Source of the DNA: Candidatus Omnitrophota bacterium
GTDB taxonomy: Bacteria; Omnitrophota; Gorgyraeia; Duberdicusellales; 4484-171
Direction of reading: 5' to 3'
DNA length: 64,000 nt
NCBI GenBank assembly: GCA_041652815.1
Contig: JBAZGN010000001.1
Location: forward strand, 573,855 to 637,854
Shown: positions 48,034 to 57,701 of the stretch, piece after piece
Layout of the letters: every line of letters starts with the position of its first letter
How positions within the stretch are numbered: position 1 is the first letter of the stretch
Notes under the pieces: generated by a model
Database searches by the model: none
Told to the model about the DNA's origin: nothing
The model's input: only the letters and a program-made list of their open reading frames with translations
Position numbers and translations under genes: made by a program

Positions 48034-49335
48034 TTATAGTTTCTTGTTCAATTCCCTTACAAAATTTTTTATTTCCCAGAAATCACGGATACTATTATTA
48101 CCATAAGCCGGCTTATAAAATCCGAAGATTGAATTATTTTGCAGCAGGGGTTCATTGAATTCTTTCGGATATTCTTCAAATAATGTTGTTCCCGGTACCG
48201 GAGAGAATTCAGCCAGAGAAACACGTGCTCCCAGAGAATTTAGGAATTCAACATCCTTTTTTAGGCTATCCAAATCCTGGTTAGGGAAACCAAGCAATAA
48301 ATAAACACTAAATTCGCCATCTTTAAATCCCGCAGCCTTAAGTAGTTTCAAGCCCTCAATGAGGTCATGCCTATTTACCTTATCACCCCAAAGTTTTTGC
48401 AGGGAAGGGTTTAGCGTTTCCAGGCCAAAATGCGGGTTGGTAAACCCGGTATTTTTTAAAAGTAAAGCCAGCTCACGGTCAAGAAATCTCAAGTGCAAAG
48501 CATTAGGGGTATGAAAATTAATGTTTAATTTCAATTCGTCGATTTTTCTAAGCACGCTTTTTGCGTAATCAGGTTCATAGAAAAAAGCATCGTCATAGAG
48601 CACGAAATCTTTTATTCCCTTTAAGGCGTATTTTCTGATGAAACTTACAATTTTTTCCTCAGGCAGCCTGAAAAATCCGGGAAAAAGTTTTTTTATCGCG
48701 CAGTAATTACAATCAAAGGGGCACCCCCAGGAAGTCCTTAGTGCCACATAGTCAAGTTTTGTGTAGAAATCTTCGTATACAGGAAGGTTTTCGTAAAGTT
48801 CAGTATAATTAAAATCTACGCCTAAAGTTTTAAAAAAGCCCTCTAAATTTTCATTACTGAATACAAAATCGCACCCGCTTGTTTTTTTCGCGTGGGCGTT
48901 GCATAAAGTTGCATAAGTGCCTCCCAGAATTATTTTTGCCGCCGGGAATTTTTTTCGCAGTATCTTTACCGCCTCAATTATTCCGGGATACCAGTAGGTC
49001 ATAGAGCTGGTTATGAGGATATAATCGAAATTTTTTCCCATAAGTTTTGTTTCAAAATCTTTCAGGTTTATTCCGTATCTTTTGAAATAGCGCGGTATGG
49101 ATTTAAATAGGTCGGGTTTTTTAACTATTTCGTTTGGGTATTTACCCCTGCCGAACGTTGCCTTGATTGTTTTTTCATCAAGGCAGTCTATGTAGTCTAT
49201 GTGTATGCCTTTTTCTTTGAGGTAATTAAGTATGACTAAAAAACCATAGGGTTTAAGCCAGAAATCATAAGCAGCGAAATCGTATATCCAGGGGTTAATT
49301 GCCAGCATATTCATAATGGTAAAGATCCTTGACAT
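48034..49335 (-). CDS. B12-binding-domain radical SAM protein (class B)
   Basis: N-terminal B12-binding-like region (ILITSSMTYWYPG...IILGG) and WGCPFDCNYC cluster. Confidence 0.7.
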   Translation of the reverse strand: MSRIFTIMNMLAINPWIYDFAAYDFWLKPYGFLVILNYLKEKGIHIDYIDCLDEKTIKATFGRGKYPNEIVKKPDLFKSIPRYFKRYGINLKDFETKLMGKNFDYILITSSMTYWYPGIIEAVKILRKKFPAAKIILGGTYATLCNAHAKKTSGCDFVFSNENLEGFFKTLGVDFNYTELYENLPVYEDFYTKLDYVALRTSWGCPFDCNYCAIKKLFPGFFRLPEEKIVSFIRKYALKGIKDFVLYDDAFFYEPDYAKSVLRKIDELKLNINFHTPNALHLRFLDRELALLLKNTGFTNPHFGLETLNPSLQKLWGDKVNRHDLIEGLKLLKAAGFKDGEFSVYLLLGFPNQDLDSLKKDVEFLNSLGARVSLAEFSPVPGTTLFEEYPKEFNEPLLQNNSIFGFYKPAYGNNSIRDFWEIKNFVRELNKKL

Positions 49336-49400
49336 TTACCTTAAAAAACATCAAAGTAAATGTCAAGGATTTAATTCGCACTATTATTTTTTCAAACTGT
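49336..49400. promoter_or_regulatory. Perfect 15-bp inverted repeat ATCCTTGACATTTAC / GTAAATGTCAAGGAT containing TTGACA, upstream of the B12-rSAM gene (minus strand)
   Basis: Seen directly. Candidate operator overlapping a -35-like hexamer. Confidence 0.45.
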
Positions 49401-49469
49401 TTGCCCCAGGTAAGCGCGCAGAAAAAACAATGTGCTCATTAAAATTATAACAGATATGGTATAATATTA

Positions 49470-49548
49470 AACTAATTTAGACCAAGGTTGAGGTTAAGGC
49501 TAAGGTTAAGTTAGGAATTTTAGCCTAAACCTCAACCTCAGCCTTAAC
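49470..49548. promoter_or_regulatory. Inverted repeat of GGTTAAGG/GAGGTTGAGG words (ggttgaggttaaggctaaggttaag ... cttaaacctcaacctcagccttaac) upstream of tilS
   Basis: Seen directly. Confidence 0.5.
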
Positions 49549-50547
49549 ATGGATGCAAAGATGGTAGAAGAAACTTTTAGAAATACAATTAAACGTTATA
49601 ATTTGCTGGAACGCAAAGACCGCTTAATGCTTGGGACCTCCGGCGGGCCGGATTCCATATTCATGCTTTACCAGTTTTATAGCTTAGCTAAAGAGTATAA
49701 ACTACAACTGGTTTGTGCACATTTTAATCATATGCTTCGGCCGGAAGCAGACAGTGAAGAAGAATTTGTAAAAAATATCTGTAAAGGCCTTGGAATAAAA
49801 TTCGTAGCCGAGAGAAAAGACGTTAATAAATTTTTTAAAGGCGATTCGCTTGAGCAAACTGCAAGAAATTTGCGGTTTGATTTTTTCCTAAATTCAAGCC
49901 GCCACTTTAAAATAAAGAAACTTGCTCTTGCGCATCATAAGGATGATCTCGTAGAAACCGTGCTTATGCGTATTATTAGAGGCACTGGCCTTAAGGGCCT
50001 TCGGGCATTTTTGCCTAAATCAAAATTCAGGAGTTTAACCATAATCAGGCCGCTTATTGAGCTGCATAAAAAAGATATCCTTAAGTGGCTGGAAAGTAAA
50101 AATATATCTTATTGTGTAGATAAAAGTAATTTTGAGGATAAGTTTCTGCGTAACCGTATAAGGCTTAAACTTATGCCACAGCTATGCGAAATTAACCCTA
50201 GCATAGCGCAAAATTTATATAATCTAAGCATTAATACAGCACTGGATTACGATTTTATTTATACATTTTCCCGCAAAGAGTTTGAGAAACTAAAAAGAGG
50301 AGAAACAAAAAGAGAAATAAAGCTTGATTTAGAAGGGCTTAAAAAAAACCACCCGGCTATACTTAACAATATAATAAGAATAGCAATTGAGGAATTAAAG
50401 GGAGATACGCGCAAGCTGGAGCTTAGGCATCTTGATGAAATAAAAGACCTGATTGAAAACAGGCCTTCCGGGAGTGTAGTCCATCTGCCCGGGCTTTCCG
50501 TCCGCAAAGAAGAAAAACGCCTCATTATACAAACCTTGATTTTATAA
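49549..50547 (+). CDS. tilS: tRNA(Ile)-lysidine synthetase
   Basis: PP-loop LGTSGGPDS. Confidence 0.8.
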   Translation: MDAKMVEETFRNTIKRYNLLERKDRLMLGTSGGPDSIFMLYQFYSLAKEYKLQLVCAHFNHMLRPEADSEEEFVKNICKGLGIKFVAERKDVNKFFKGDSLEQTARNLRFDFFLNSSRHFKIKKLALAHHKDDLVETVLMRIIRGTGLKGLRAFLPKSKFRSLTIIRPLIELHKKDILKWLESKNISYCVDKSNFEDKFLRNRIRLKLMPQLCEINPSIAQNLYNLSINTALDYDFIYTFSRKEFEKLKRGETKREIKLDLEGLKKNHPAILNNIIRIAIEELKGDTRKLELRHLDEIKDLIENRPSGSVVHLPGLSVRKEEKRLIIQTLIL

Positions 50548-50572
50548 TCTTATAAAGTATAATACCTTACCT

Positions 50573-52465
50573 ATGGAAAAGAAGAAGAAAAAAGAGCAAG
50601 CTCCGCGGCCGAACCTTTTAAGGGGGGGATTTTTTTGGATTCTGATTTTTCTAGGCATAATGTATATTACCAATCTTTTTAATGCCGGAATGGGTGGATT
50701 AGTTAAGAAACTAAGTTACACAGAATTCTATTCTAAGCTCGAGAATAACCTCGTTAATCCGGAAATCAAATCCGTAAAGAAAACCGAAAATACCATTCAG
50801 GGAGAATATACCGAAACTGCCGGCGGAGGAAAATTTTATGTTTATGTACCGGAAGAAGACAAAGACCTTATTGCGCTTTTAAGAAAGAACGTAAAAAGCT
50901 TCGAAATCGAGCCCCCACGTACATTCCTTACGCAGTTGCTTTTTTCCCTTATCCCAATGGGCCTTCTAATAGCATTTTTTTGGTATGTTTCCTATAAAGG
51001 TAATCAGCTTGGTTCACGCGTATGGACTTTCGGAAGAAGCCGCGCGCAGATTATAGAAAAGGAAAAAGCAACACGTATTACCTTTAAAGATGTTGCCGGA
51101 ATAGATGAGGCAAAAGAAGAGTTAACGGAAGTCATAGAATATCTTAAAGACCCGAAAAGGTTTCAACGCCTCGGTGGGCGCATTCCAAAGGGAGTTATAC
51201 TGGTGGGCCCTCCGGGATGCGGTAAAACCCTTCTTGCGAAAGCTGTAGCAGGCGAGGCTGAGGTGCCATTTTTTAGCATAAGCGGTTCTGATTTCGTAGA
51301 AATGTTTGTCGGTGTCGGTGCCTCACGCGTGCGCGATCTATTCGAACAGGCAAAAAAAGCTGCCAAAATAGGAGGAAGGGGTTGTATTATTTTTATTGAT
51401 GAAATAGATGCAGTAGGCAGGCAGCGTTTCGCAGGAATCGGCGGCGGACACGATGAAAGAGAGCAGACTTTAAATCAGTTGCTTGCGGAAATGGATGGTT
51501 TCCAGACAGAAGAAGGCATAATCGTTATGGCAGCAACAAACCGGCCTGATGTGTTAGACGCAGCGCTTCTTCGCCCGGGCAGATTCGACAGGCACGTAAT
51601 TGTAACCCTCCCGGATATTAAAGGCAGAGCTGAAGTGCTTAAGGTGCATACAATAAAAGTAAAGCTTGCGGAAAATGTTGATTTAAAATCTATAGCAAGT
51701 CAGACTCCCGGATTTTCCGGAGCAGACCTGGCAAACCTTTGTAACGAAGCAGCTCTTTTAGCGGCAAGGCATAATAAAGAATCAGTAGAGCAGACTGATT
51801 TTGAAAAATCAATTGAAAGGCTGATGATTGGCCCTGAGAAGAAAAGCCACATTATGTCAAAGAAGGATAAGGAAATTACGGCAATACATGAAGCAGGGCA
51901 CGCTCTTATATCGCTACTGATGCCCGAACTTGACCCGCCAAAAAGAATTTCAATAATCCCAAGGGGAGTTGCCGGCGGCTATACCTTTGCTCCTCCCTTA
52001 GAAGATAAACATCATTGGTTTAAAAATGAAATACTCGCGCGTATTATTTTTGCCCTTGGCGGAAGAGCCTCTGAAGAGATAAATCTGCACGATATAACAA
52101 CCGGCGCGCAGGATGACCTTGAAAAAGCAACTCAAATGGCGCGGCACATGGTTACAAAATTCGGTATGTCGGAAAAACTTGGTAATATTACTTTAGGCCG
52201 GCGCGAAGGCCCGGTATTTTTAGGTAGAGACTTGCTTGAAGAAAAAAACTATAGCGAAGAAACTGCCCGAATAATAGACGAAGAAGTAAAAAAAGTTATA
52301 GATGAATCATTCGCAAAAGCAAAAGCATATATTTTACAAAATCAAGATAAACTTAAAGCGCTATCGGACGCTTTACTTAATAAAGAGGTTATCGATGGAG
52401 AAGAAGCAAAGAAAATAACTGGCCTGAGAAATACAAGCAGTGAAAAAGAAGAACCTGCGGTTTAA
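50573..52465 (+). CDS. ftsH: ATP-dependent zinc metalloprotease FtsH
   Basis: Two N-terminal TMs, AAA Walker [17 protein letters not shown] zinc motif. Confidence 0.9.
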   Translation: MEKKKKKEQAPRPNLLRGGFFWILIFLGIMYITNLFNAGMGGLVKKLSYTEFYSKLENNLVNPEIKSVKKTENTIQGEYTETAGGGKFYVYVPEEDKDLIALLRKNVKSFEIEPPRTFLTQLLFSLIPMGLLIAFFWYVSYKGNQLGSRVWTFGRSRAQIIEKEKATRITFKDVAGIDEAKEELTEVIEYLKDPKRFQRLGGRIPKGVILVGPPGCGKTLLAKAVAGEAEVPFFSISGSDFVEMFVGVGASRVRDLFEQAKKAAKIGGRGCIIFIDEIDAVGRQRFAGIGGGHDEREQTLNQLLAEMDGFQTEEGIIVMAATNRPDVLDAALLRPGRFDRHVIVTLPDIKGRAEVLKVHTIKVKLAENVDLKSIASQTPGFSGADLANLCNEAALLAARHNKESVEQTDFEKSIERLMIGPEKKSHIMSKKDKEITAIHEAGHALISLLMPELDPPKRISIIPRGVAGGYTFAPPLEDKHHWFKNEILARIIFALGGRASEEINLHDITTGAQDDLEKATQMARHMVTKFGMSEKLGNITLGRREGPVFLGRDLLEEKNYSEETARIIDEEVKKVIDESFAKAKAYILQNQDKLKALSDALLNKEVIDGEEAKKITGLRNTSSEKEEPAV

Positions 52466-52490
52466 TTACCTTCAAACTTCAAAACTGTAA

Positions 52491-53702
52491 ATGATAATCA
52501 CTCCTCTTAGAATAGAAAACGAAAAAAACGCAAAAGGCTTATTGTCTTCGGTAGGCGTAAGCTGCGAAGGCATAGATATACTTTCTCCCAAATGTGTATA
52601 TAGCGCTTTTAGGATTGAGGGCATTAAGTCATGGGAAGCAAATATCATAAAGCAACATTTGCTTTCTCTGGGAAGCGACAGCGCTGTTGAGAGGAGTGCG
52701 TTAGTTAAGAATATAAAGACGGATACTGTAATATTCGGCAGCATAACCCAACTTAAAAAATTATGTGAAAAGCTGAAGAATCAGCCTTTTACTCTTAAAG
52801 AAATTTCACAAAGCCTGTCTTTGTATCTGGATAATTTATTCAAGCAGGAATTTATTTTAAGGGCACGCGATAAAACAATAAAAATAAAAAAACCCCTTAT
52901 CTGCGGTATAATTAATCTAACAACCGATTCTTTTTCCGGGGATGGTTTGCTTATTGAGGCCAGCGGCCGCAAGCTTAAGGATTTGGTTTTACGAAAAATA
53001 GAGGAAATGGTTACTTCCGGCGCAGCAATGATTGATATGGGCGCTGAATCATCAAGGCCCTATTCTAAGCCTATAATGGAAAAAGAAGAAATAGCAAGGC
53101 TCGCCCCGGTTATTTGCGCCGCGAGAAAAAGATTCAAAGAAATTTTGATTTCCGTAGATACCAACAAATTAAATGTGGCAAAGGTAGTTGCCGAGGAAGG
53201 GGCAGATATAATAAACGATATTACTGCTTTACGTAAATCCCCCGGCATTATAAACTTGATAAAGAAACATAAGCTTGGAGTTATTTTAATGCATATGAAG
53301 GCTAGCCCCTTGACTATGCAGGTAAATCCGAAATACAAAAAAGTGACGGAAGAAATTATCAGTTTTTTTAAGGAAAGAATTTCGATGCTAAATAAGGAAA
53401 AAATCAATCCGGAGCAAATTCTAATTGACCCCGGTATAGGTTTTGGCAAAACCACTCAGGATAATCTTAAAATTATAAATGAGCTTTATAAGTTTAAAAT
53501 TTTCGGCCTGCCTATTTTTATAGGTTTATCTAGAAAATCTTTCATAGGTAAAATTACCGGTAAAAAAGCAGACCAGAGGCTTTACGGAACAATTGCCTCT
53601 GGGATTATCGCTGTATTACGAGGGGCAAATATTTTAAGGGTTCATGATGTTAAAGAAAACAAACAAGCGCTCGACTTAGCGGCAAGCATAATTAACAACT
53701 AA
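52491..53702 (+). CDS. folP: Dihydropteroate synthase with ~130-aa N-terminal extension of unknown function
   Basis: Pterin-binding core from ICGIINLTTDSFSGDG to GIGFGKT. The N-terminal 130 aa have no motif I recognise. Confidence 0.75.
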   Translation: MIITPLRIENEKNAKGLLSSVGVSCEGIDILSPKCVYSAFRIEGIKSWEANIIKQHLLSLGSDSAVERSALVKNIKTDTVIFGSITQLKKLCEKLKNQPFTLKEISQSLSLYLDNLFKQEFILRARDKTIKIKKPLICGIINLTTDSFSGDGLLIEASGRKLKDLVLRKIEEMVTSGAAMIDMGAESSRPYSKPIMEKEEIARLAPVICAARKRFKEILISVDTNKLNVAKVVAEEGADIINDITALRKSPGIINLIKKHKLGVILMHMKASPLTMQVNPKYKKVTEEIISFFKERISMLNKEKINPEQILIDPGIGFGKTTQDNLKIINELYKFKIFGLPIFIGLSRKSFIGKITGKKADQRLYGTIASGIIAVLRGANILRVHDVKENKQALDLAASIINN

Positions 53703-53705
53703 CTT

Positions 53706-54455
53706 ATGTTTTTAAGATTCCTTAATCTAAAAACTGTTTTTGAGATTATTATCCTTTGGATAGTCATCTACAGGGTAGTTGTGTCGCTTCAGGGTACAAA
53801 AGGTGCCTATCTTATAAGGGGAGTTATAGTATTAATAGCTTCTTATTTTATTTTCCAAAAATTAAATTTAACTGTTTTAAGCTGGCTGCTTACCAACTTT
53901 TTCGCTTTTTATTTAATAATTATAGTAGTTATATTCCAGCCGGAACTAAGAGAAGCTCTTATAAGGCTTGGCCAACGCCACATTTTTTATAAAGGCCTCG
54001 GCAAAGAGGAAATAGAAAAGATATTAAGAGAAATTGTTTCAGCTGTCAGCATACTCTCAAGGAAAAAAACCGGCGCACTTATCGCGATAAAAAGAGAAAT
54101 GGGCCTTAATGATTACATAGAAAGCGGTGTTTTGATTAATGCCGATTTAACCTCTGAGTTGCTGCAAAATATATTTCATCCCCTGGCACCGCTGCACGAC
54201 GGAGGGCTGATTATTGACGGCGCTAAAATAATTGCCACCAGCTGTCTTTTTCCGCACAGCGAAAGTTTGAACCTGGAAAAAACTTTAGGTATGCGTCACC
54301 GGTCAGGAATAGGCCTTTCCGAGCATAGCGACGCTTTGGTTATAATAGTTTCAGAAGAAAACGGGCAGGTATCGTTAGCTATAAACGGCCAGCTAACTGG
54401 AGATTTAACACCGCAAGACCTTCTTACTATTCTAAAAGGGCAATTAAGTAAGTGA
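53706..54455 (+). CDS. cdaA: Diadenylate cyclase (membrane-anchored, CdaA-type)
   Basis: Three N-terminal TMs. DAC domain with HDGGLII (DGA-type) and MRHRSGIG (RHR) motifs. Confidence 0.8.
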   Translation: MFLRFLNLKTVFEIIILWIVIYRVVVSLQGTKGAYLIRGVIVLIASYFIFQKLNLTVLSWLLTNFFAFYLIIIVVIFQPELREALIRLGQRHIFYKGLGKEEIEKILREIVSAVSILSRKKTGALIAIKREMGLNDYIESGVLINADLTSELLQNIFHPLAPLHDGGLIIDGAKIIATSCLFPHSESLNLEKTLGMRHRSGIGLSEHSDALVIIVSEENGQVSLAINGQLTGDLTPQDLLTILKGQLSK

Positions 54456-54465
54456 GGATATAAAT

Positions 54466-54606
54466 ATGAAGCTTTTTCGATTAAGAAAAATAAACCTAAA
54501 AGAACTTGTAACTTACAATTTTTGGCTTAAGCTAATTTCCTTGGTTTTGGCAATAATTGTCTGGTTGTACGTAAGCAGCGAAATAACTAAAGGCGTTAAA
54601 ATTTGA
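54466..54606 (+). pseudogene. 46-aa remnant resembling the N-terminal TM region of CdaR/YbbR (cdaA regulator); truncated where a family A repeat begins
   Basis: MKLFRLRKINLKELVTYNFWLKLISLVLAIIVWLYVSSE resembles YbbR N-termini. RBS GTGAGG upstream. The ORF stops at the first base of the CAGATGATCACAGATG repeat. Confidence 0.35.
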
Positions 54607-54680
54607 TACACAGATGATCACAGATGGTAGACGCAGATGATCACAGATAAAAATCTGCGATTATCTGTATACTAAAAAAG
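54605..54680. promoter_or_regulatory. Family A repeat (ACACAGATGATCACAGATGG TAG ACGCAGATGATCACAGATAA + ATCTGCGATTATCTGTATACT) upstream of pdxJ
   Basis: Near-copy of the 4219-4305 arrangement. Confidence 0.55.
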
Positions 54681-55397
54681 ATGAAATTAGGCGTTAACAT
54701 TGACCATATAGCCACTTTAAGAGAAGCCAGAGGCACAGTCTATCCTGATCCGGTTGTCGGCGCCTTACTTTGCGAATACGCAGGATGCAATTCAATAGTT
54801 GCGCATTTACGGGAAGACCGCCGGCACATAAAAGAAAGAGACATCTTATTTATTAAAAAAGCAATCAAAGTGCCTTTTAATATGGAAATGTCCGTAAATA
54901 AAGACATAGTTGATTTTGCCTTAAATATTAAGCCCGAACAATCTACGCTTGTTCCGGAGCGCAGGCGCGAACTTACTACCGAAGGCGGGATTGACCTTAT
55001 GAATCGTAATAATTATAAAAAAGTAGAGAAAGCGGTTGAGAGTTTAAAACAGGGCGGTATCGTTGTAAGCCTTTTTATAGACCCAAATAAAAAGCAAATT
55101 GAGAAAGCAAAAAAAACAGGCGCGGACCTGATTGAATTTAATACCGGAAAATACTCTGAAGCTAAATCAGTAGCAGGGGTAAAACGAGAATTGATAAAAA
55201 TAAAACAAGCTGCCAGGTTTGCCAAAACTTTAGGGTTTTTTGTTGCCGCCGGCCACGGCCTTGATTATGAAAACGTAAAAGACATAGCTAAAATAAAAGA
55301 GATAGAAGAGCTTAACATAGGCCATTCAATAATCTGCCGTTCAGTATTTGTAGGCCTGGTTGCGGCAGTTGAGGAAATGTTTGGGCTGGTAAGTTAA
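54681..55397 (+). CDS. pdxJ: Pyridoxine 5'-phosphate synthase
   Basis: LGVNIDHIATLR...HLREDRRHI. Confidence 0.85.
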   Translation: MKLGVNIDHIATLREARGTVYPDPVVGALLCEYAGCNSIVAHLREDRRHIKERDILFIKKAIKVPFNMEMSVNKDIVDFALNIKPEQSTLVPERRRELTTEGGIDLMNRNNYKKVEKAVESLKQGGIVVSLFIDPNKKQIEKAKKTGADLIEFNTGKYSEAKSVAGVKRELIKIKQAARFAKTLGFFVAAGHGLDYENVKDIAKIKEIEELNIGHSIICRSVFVGLVAAVEEMFGLVS

Positions 55398-55409
55398 TTT
55401 ATAAGTAAA

Positions 55410-55763
55410 ATGGTAATGGGCATAGGCATAGATATGGTTAAGGTGGGGAAAATGCAAAGCGCCATTGAAAAGTGGGGTAAGGATTTTCTTAAGCGCGTTT
55501 TTGATAGTAAGGAACTGAAAAATATATCTGACGGAAAAATGTATTATCAGCGTTTGGCTGCCAGATTTGCCGCAAAAGAGGCAGTGATTAAGGCGATTTC
55601 AAAAGAATACCCACTGGCATTAAACGACATAATAATACTTAATCGTAAAAATGGCGCTCCTTATTGTGAGTTCAAAAAAAAGCTTGATGTAGAAATTTTA
55701 CTTTCAATAAGCCACATTGAGGATTATGCTGTGGCTTGTGCTGTTGCGCAGAAACACAGATGA
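55410..55763 (+). CDS. acpS: Holo-[acyl-carrier-protein] synthase
   Basis: GIGIDMV N-terminus and RFAAKEAVIKA core. Confidence 0.8.
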   Translation: MVMGIGIDMVKVGKMQSAIEKWGKDFLKRVFDSKELKNISDGKMYYQRLAARFAAKEAVIKAISKEYPLALNDIIILNRKNGAPYCEFKKKLDVEILLSISHIEDYAVACAVAQKHR

Positions 55764-55890
55764 TCGCAGAAGCAAAACAGATGATCGCAGATTTTGAGAA
55801 AGTATCATGTAACACGTCTTTAAAAACGTGTTACATGCTACGTGTGGCGTGATACGTAATCTGTGTTAATCTGTGTAAAGCAAAAATAAG
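55760..55890. promoter_or_regulatory. Family A repeat block (2x CAGATGATCGCAG; GTAACACGTCTTTAAAAACGTGTTAC hairpin; AATCTGTGTTAATCTGTGTAAAGC) upstream of nnrD, overlapping the acpS stop
   Basis: Seen directly. Confidence 0.55.
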
Positions 55891-56751
55891 ATGAAGCTGC
55901 CGAAACAACTAATAAAGCGTAAACTTGACACCTATAAAGGCGATTATGGTTATGTTTTTGTTTTGGGAGGCTCGCCGGGGCTAACCGGAGCAGTTTCTTT
56001 ATGCGCAAATGCCGCTTTAAGGATGGGCGCGGGTTTAGTAAGAGCAGCAGTTCCCGCATCCCTCGGTAATATACTCTCAACTAAACTTACAGAAGCGACA
56101 AGCCTTTTTCTTAACGAAGAAAATGGTTATCTTTCGGAAAAAGGCTTTCAGCAAATAACCGATTTGTTAGAAAGGATAGACGTAGTTGCTTTAGGTGGAG
56201 GAGCTTCTCAAGCTCCATGTGCTCAAAAGCTACTTTTAAAAGTAATTAAGAATGTCGACAAGCCAATGGTTATAGACGCAGATGCTTTAAACGCAATTTC
56301 TACTGTTTTAACCGTTTTGAAAGAAAGAAAATCAAAAAATATAGTTTTAACTCCGCATCTGGCTGAATTTTCCCGCTTAACCGGGCTTACGCTTAAAGCA
56401 ATAAAAGCAAAAAGAAAAGAACTTGTCAAGGAATTCGCTTTTAAGTATAATTTAACCCTCATTCTTAAGGGCAATCGCACCCTTGTAAGCAATGGCAAAA
56501 CGTTATTTGAAAATAATACCGGCAATCCCGGTATGGCAACAGCAGGTTGCGGCGATGTGTTGACAGGTATTATTGTCGGCTTAATGGCTCAAGGTATAGA
56601 TGTACTTACGGCAGCGAAGTTTGGGGTGTATATACACGGCTTAGCCGGTGATTTAGCTGCAAAAGATAAAACCGAAACCTGTTTGATTGCTTCCGATATA
56701 ATTGAGTATTTACCGAAAGCAGTAAAGAGATTAGCAACACGTAACACGTAA
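55891..56751 (+). CDS. nnrD: ADP-dependent NAD(P)H-hydrate dehydratase (YjeF C-terminal domain)
   Basis: KGDYGYVFVLGGSPGLTGA...GCGDVLTG motifs. Confidence 0.75.
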   Translation: MKLPKQLIKRKLDTYKGDYGYVFVLGGSPGLTGAVSLCANAALRMGAGLVRAAVPASLGNILSTKLTEATSLFLNEENGYLSEKGFQQITDLLERIDVVALGGGASQAPCAQKLLLKVIKNVDKPMVIDADALNAISTVLTVLKERKSKNIVLTPHLAEFSRLTGLTLKAIKAKRKELVKEFAFKYNLTLILKGNRTLVSNGKTLFENNTGNPGMATAGCGDVLTGIIVGLMAQGIDVLTAAKFGVYIHGLAGDLAAKDKTETCLIASDIIEYLPKAVKRLATRNT

Positions 56752-56863
56752 CAAGTAACACGTATCACGTTTCTAAAAACGTGTTACCTCCACTCCAAGT
56801 GGACTCACCTAAATATTTTTATATGGTGGCGAGGATACATGTGACGTGATACATGATAAATGC

Positions 56864-56936
56864 GCCCAGGTAGCTCAGTTGGTAGAGCAGGGGTTTTGTA
56901 AACCTCAGGTCGAAGGTTCGAGTCCTTTCCTGGGCT
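56864..56936 (+). tRNA. tRNA-Thr (TGT)
   Basis: Acceptor GCCCAGG/CCTGGGC, anticodon loop TTTGTAA, T-loop GGTTCGAGTCC. Flanked on both sides by family A words. Confidence 0.8.
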
Positions 56937-57144
56937 TTAAACACAGATGGTCACAGATTGGAAATCACAGATGAGCACAGATAGATTGTGTATCACGTCG
57001 CACGTAACACGTATCACGCCTTTTTAAATTCTCTGTTTATTCAATGACGTGTTACGTGATACCTGTTACCTGATACTTTCTCAAATCTGTGATCATCTGT
57101 TTTGTAAATCTGTGATTATCTGTGCAAAACGATCTGTGAAAAAC

Positions 57145-57227
57145 GGGCAGGTTCCTGAGCGGTCAAAAGGGACAGACTGTAAATCTGTTGTGCTTGCACT
57201 TCGGAGGTTCAAATCCTCCCCTGCCCA
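57145..57227 (+). tRNA. tRNA-Tyr (GTA), long variable arm
   Basis: Acceptor GGGCAGG/CCTGCCC, anticodon loop CTGTAAA, long variable arm, T-loop GGTTCAAATCC. Confidence 0.8.
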
Positions 57228-57475
57228 TTCTTCTTCGCCTTACACTAATTTAAACCACCGGTAAGGCTTCGAAGGAACAGGTTCTTTTGTTTCGCCGGGC
57301 GAAGAAGAATGCTCCTGCGAAGCCGCACCGAAGTATTATGGTGGCGAATGGCGAAGCAGGGCATATAATTTACTGATGATTTGCTGGCATTGATTAGCCT
57401 GACAAAATTTTAGTTTATAGCAGCGGATATTTGGATGCACCACAAAGAATCTTCGGCTTCGCCGAAGGGCGCATA

Positions 57476-57494
57476 CAAATCCTCCCCTGCCCAT
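57476..57494. repeat. 19-bp direct duplicate of the tRNA-Tyr 3' end (CAAATCCTCCCCTGCCCAT), 247 bp downstream of the gene
   Basis: Exact match to 57210-57228. Intervening segment is rich in GCGAAG/CTTCGC words. Confidence 0.6.
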
Positions 57495-57513
57495 GTCTGA
57501 TAGCTGGAATAAC

Positions 57514-57587
57514 GCGGGCGTAGTTCAATGGCAGAACACTAGCCTTCCAAGCTGGATATGTCGGTTCGATCCCGATCGCCCGCTCCA
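57514..57587 (+). tRNA. tRNA-Gly (TCC), CCA encoded
   Basis: Acceptor GCGGGCG/CGCCCGC, anticodon loop CTTCCAA, T-loop GGTTCGATCCC, 3' TCCA. Followed by a hairpin/IR at ~57588-57660. Confidence 0.85.
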
Positions 57588-57701
57588 TTTAGTCCATAGT
57601 CGACAGTTAATAGTCCACAGAATTAAACTATGGGCTATGGTCTATTGACTGTGGACTATTTATGCTTTAATAACTATCACAAATAAAGAAGAGGAGAAGA
57701 G

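Noticed and set aside
57049-57264. 71-aa plus-strand ORF
   Set aside because: It reads straight through the tRNA-Tyr gene and family A repeats and starts at a GTG inside a palindrome. Artefact.
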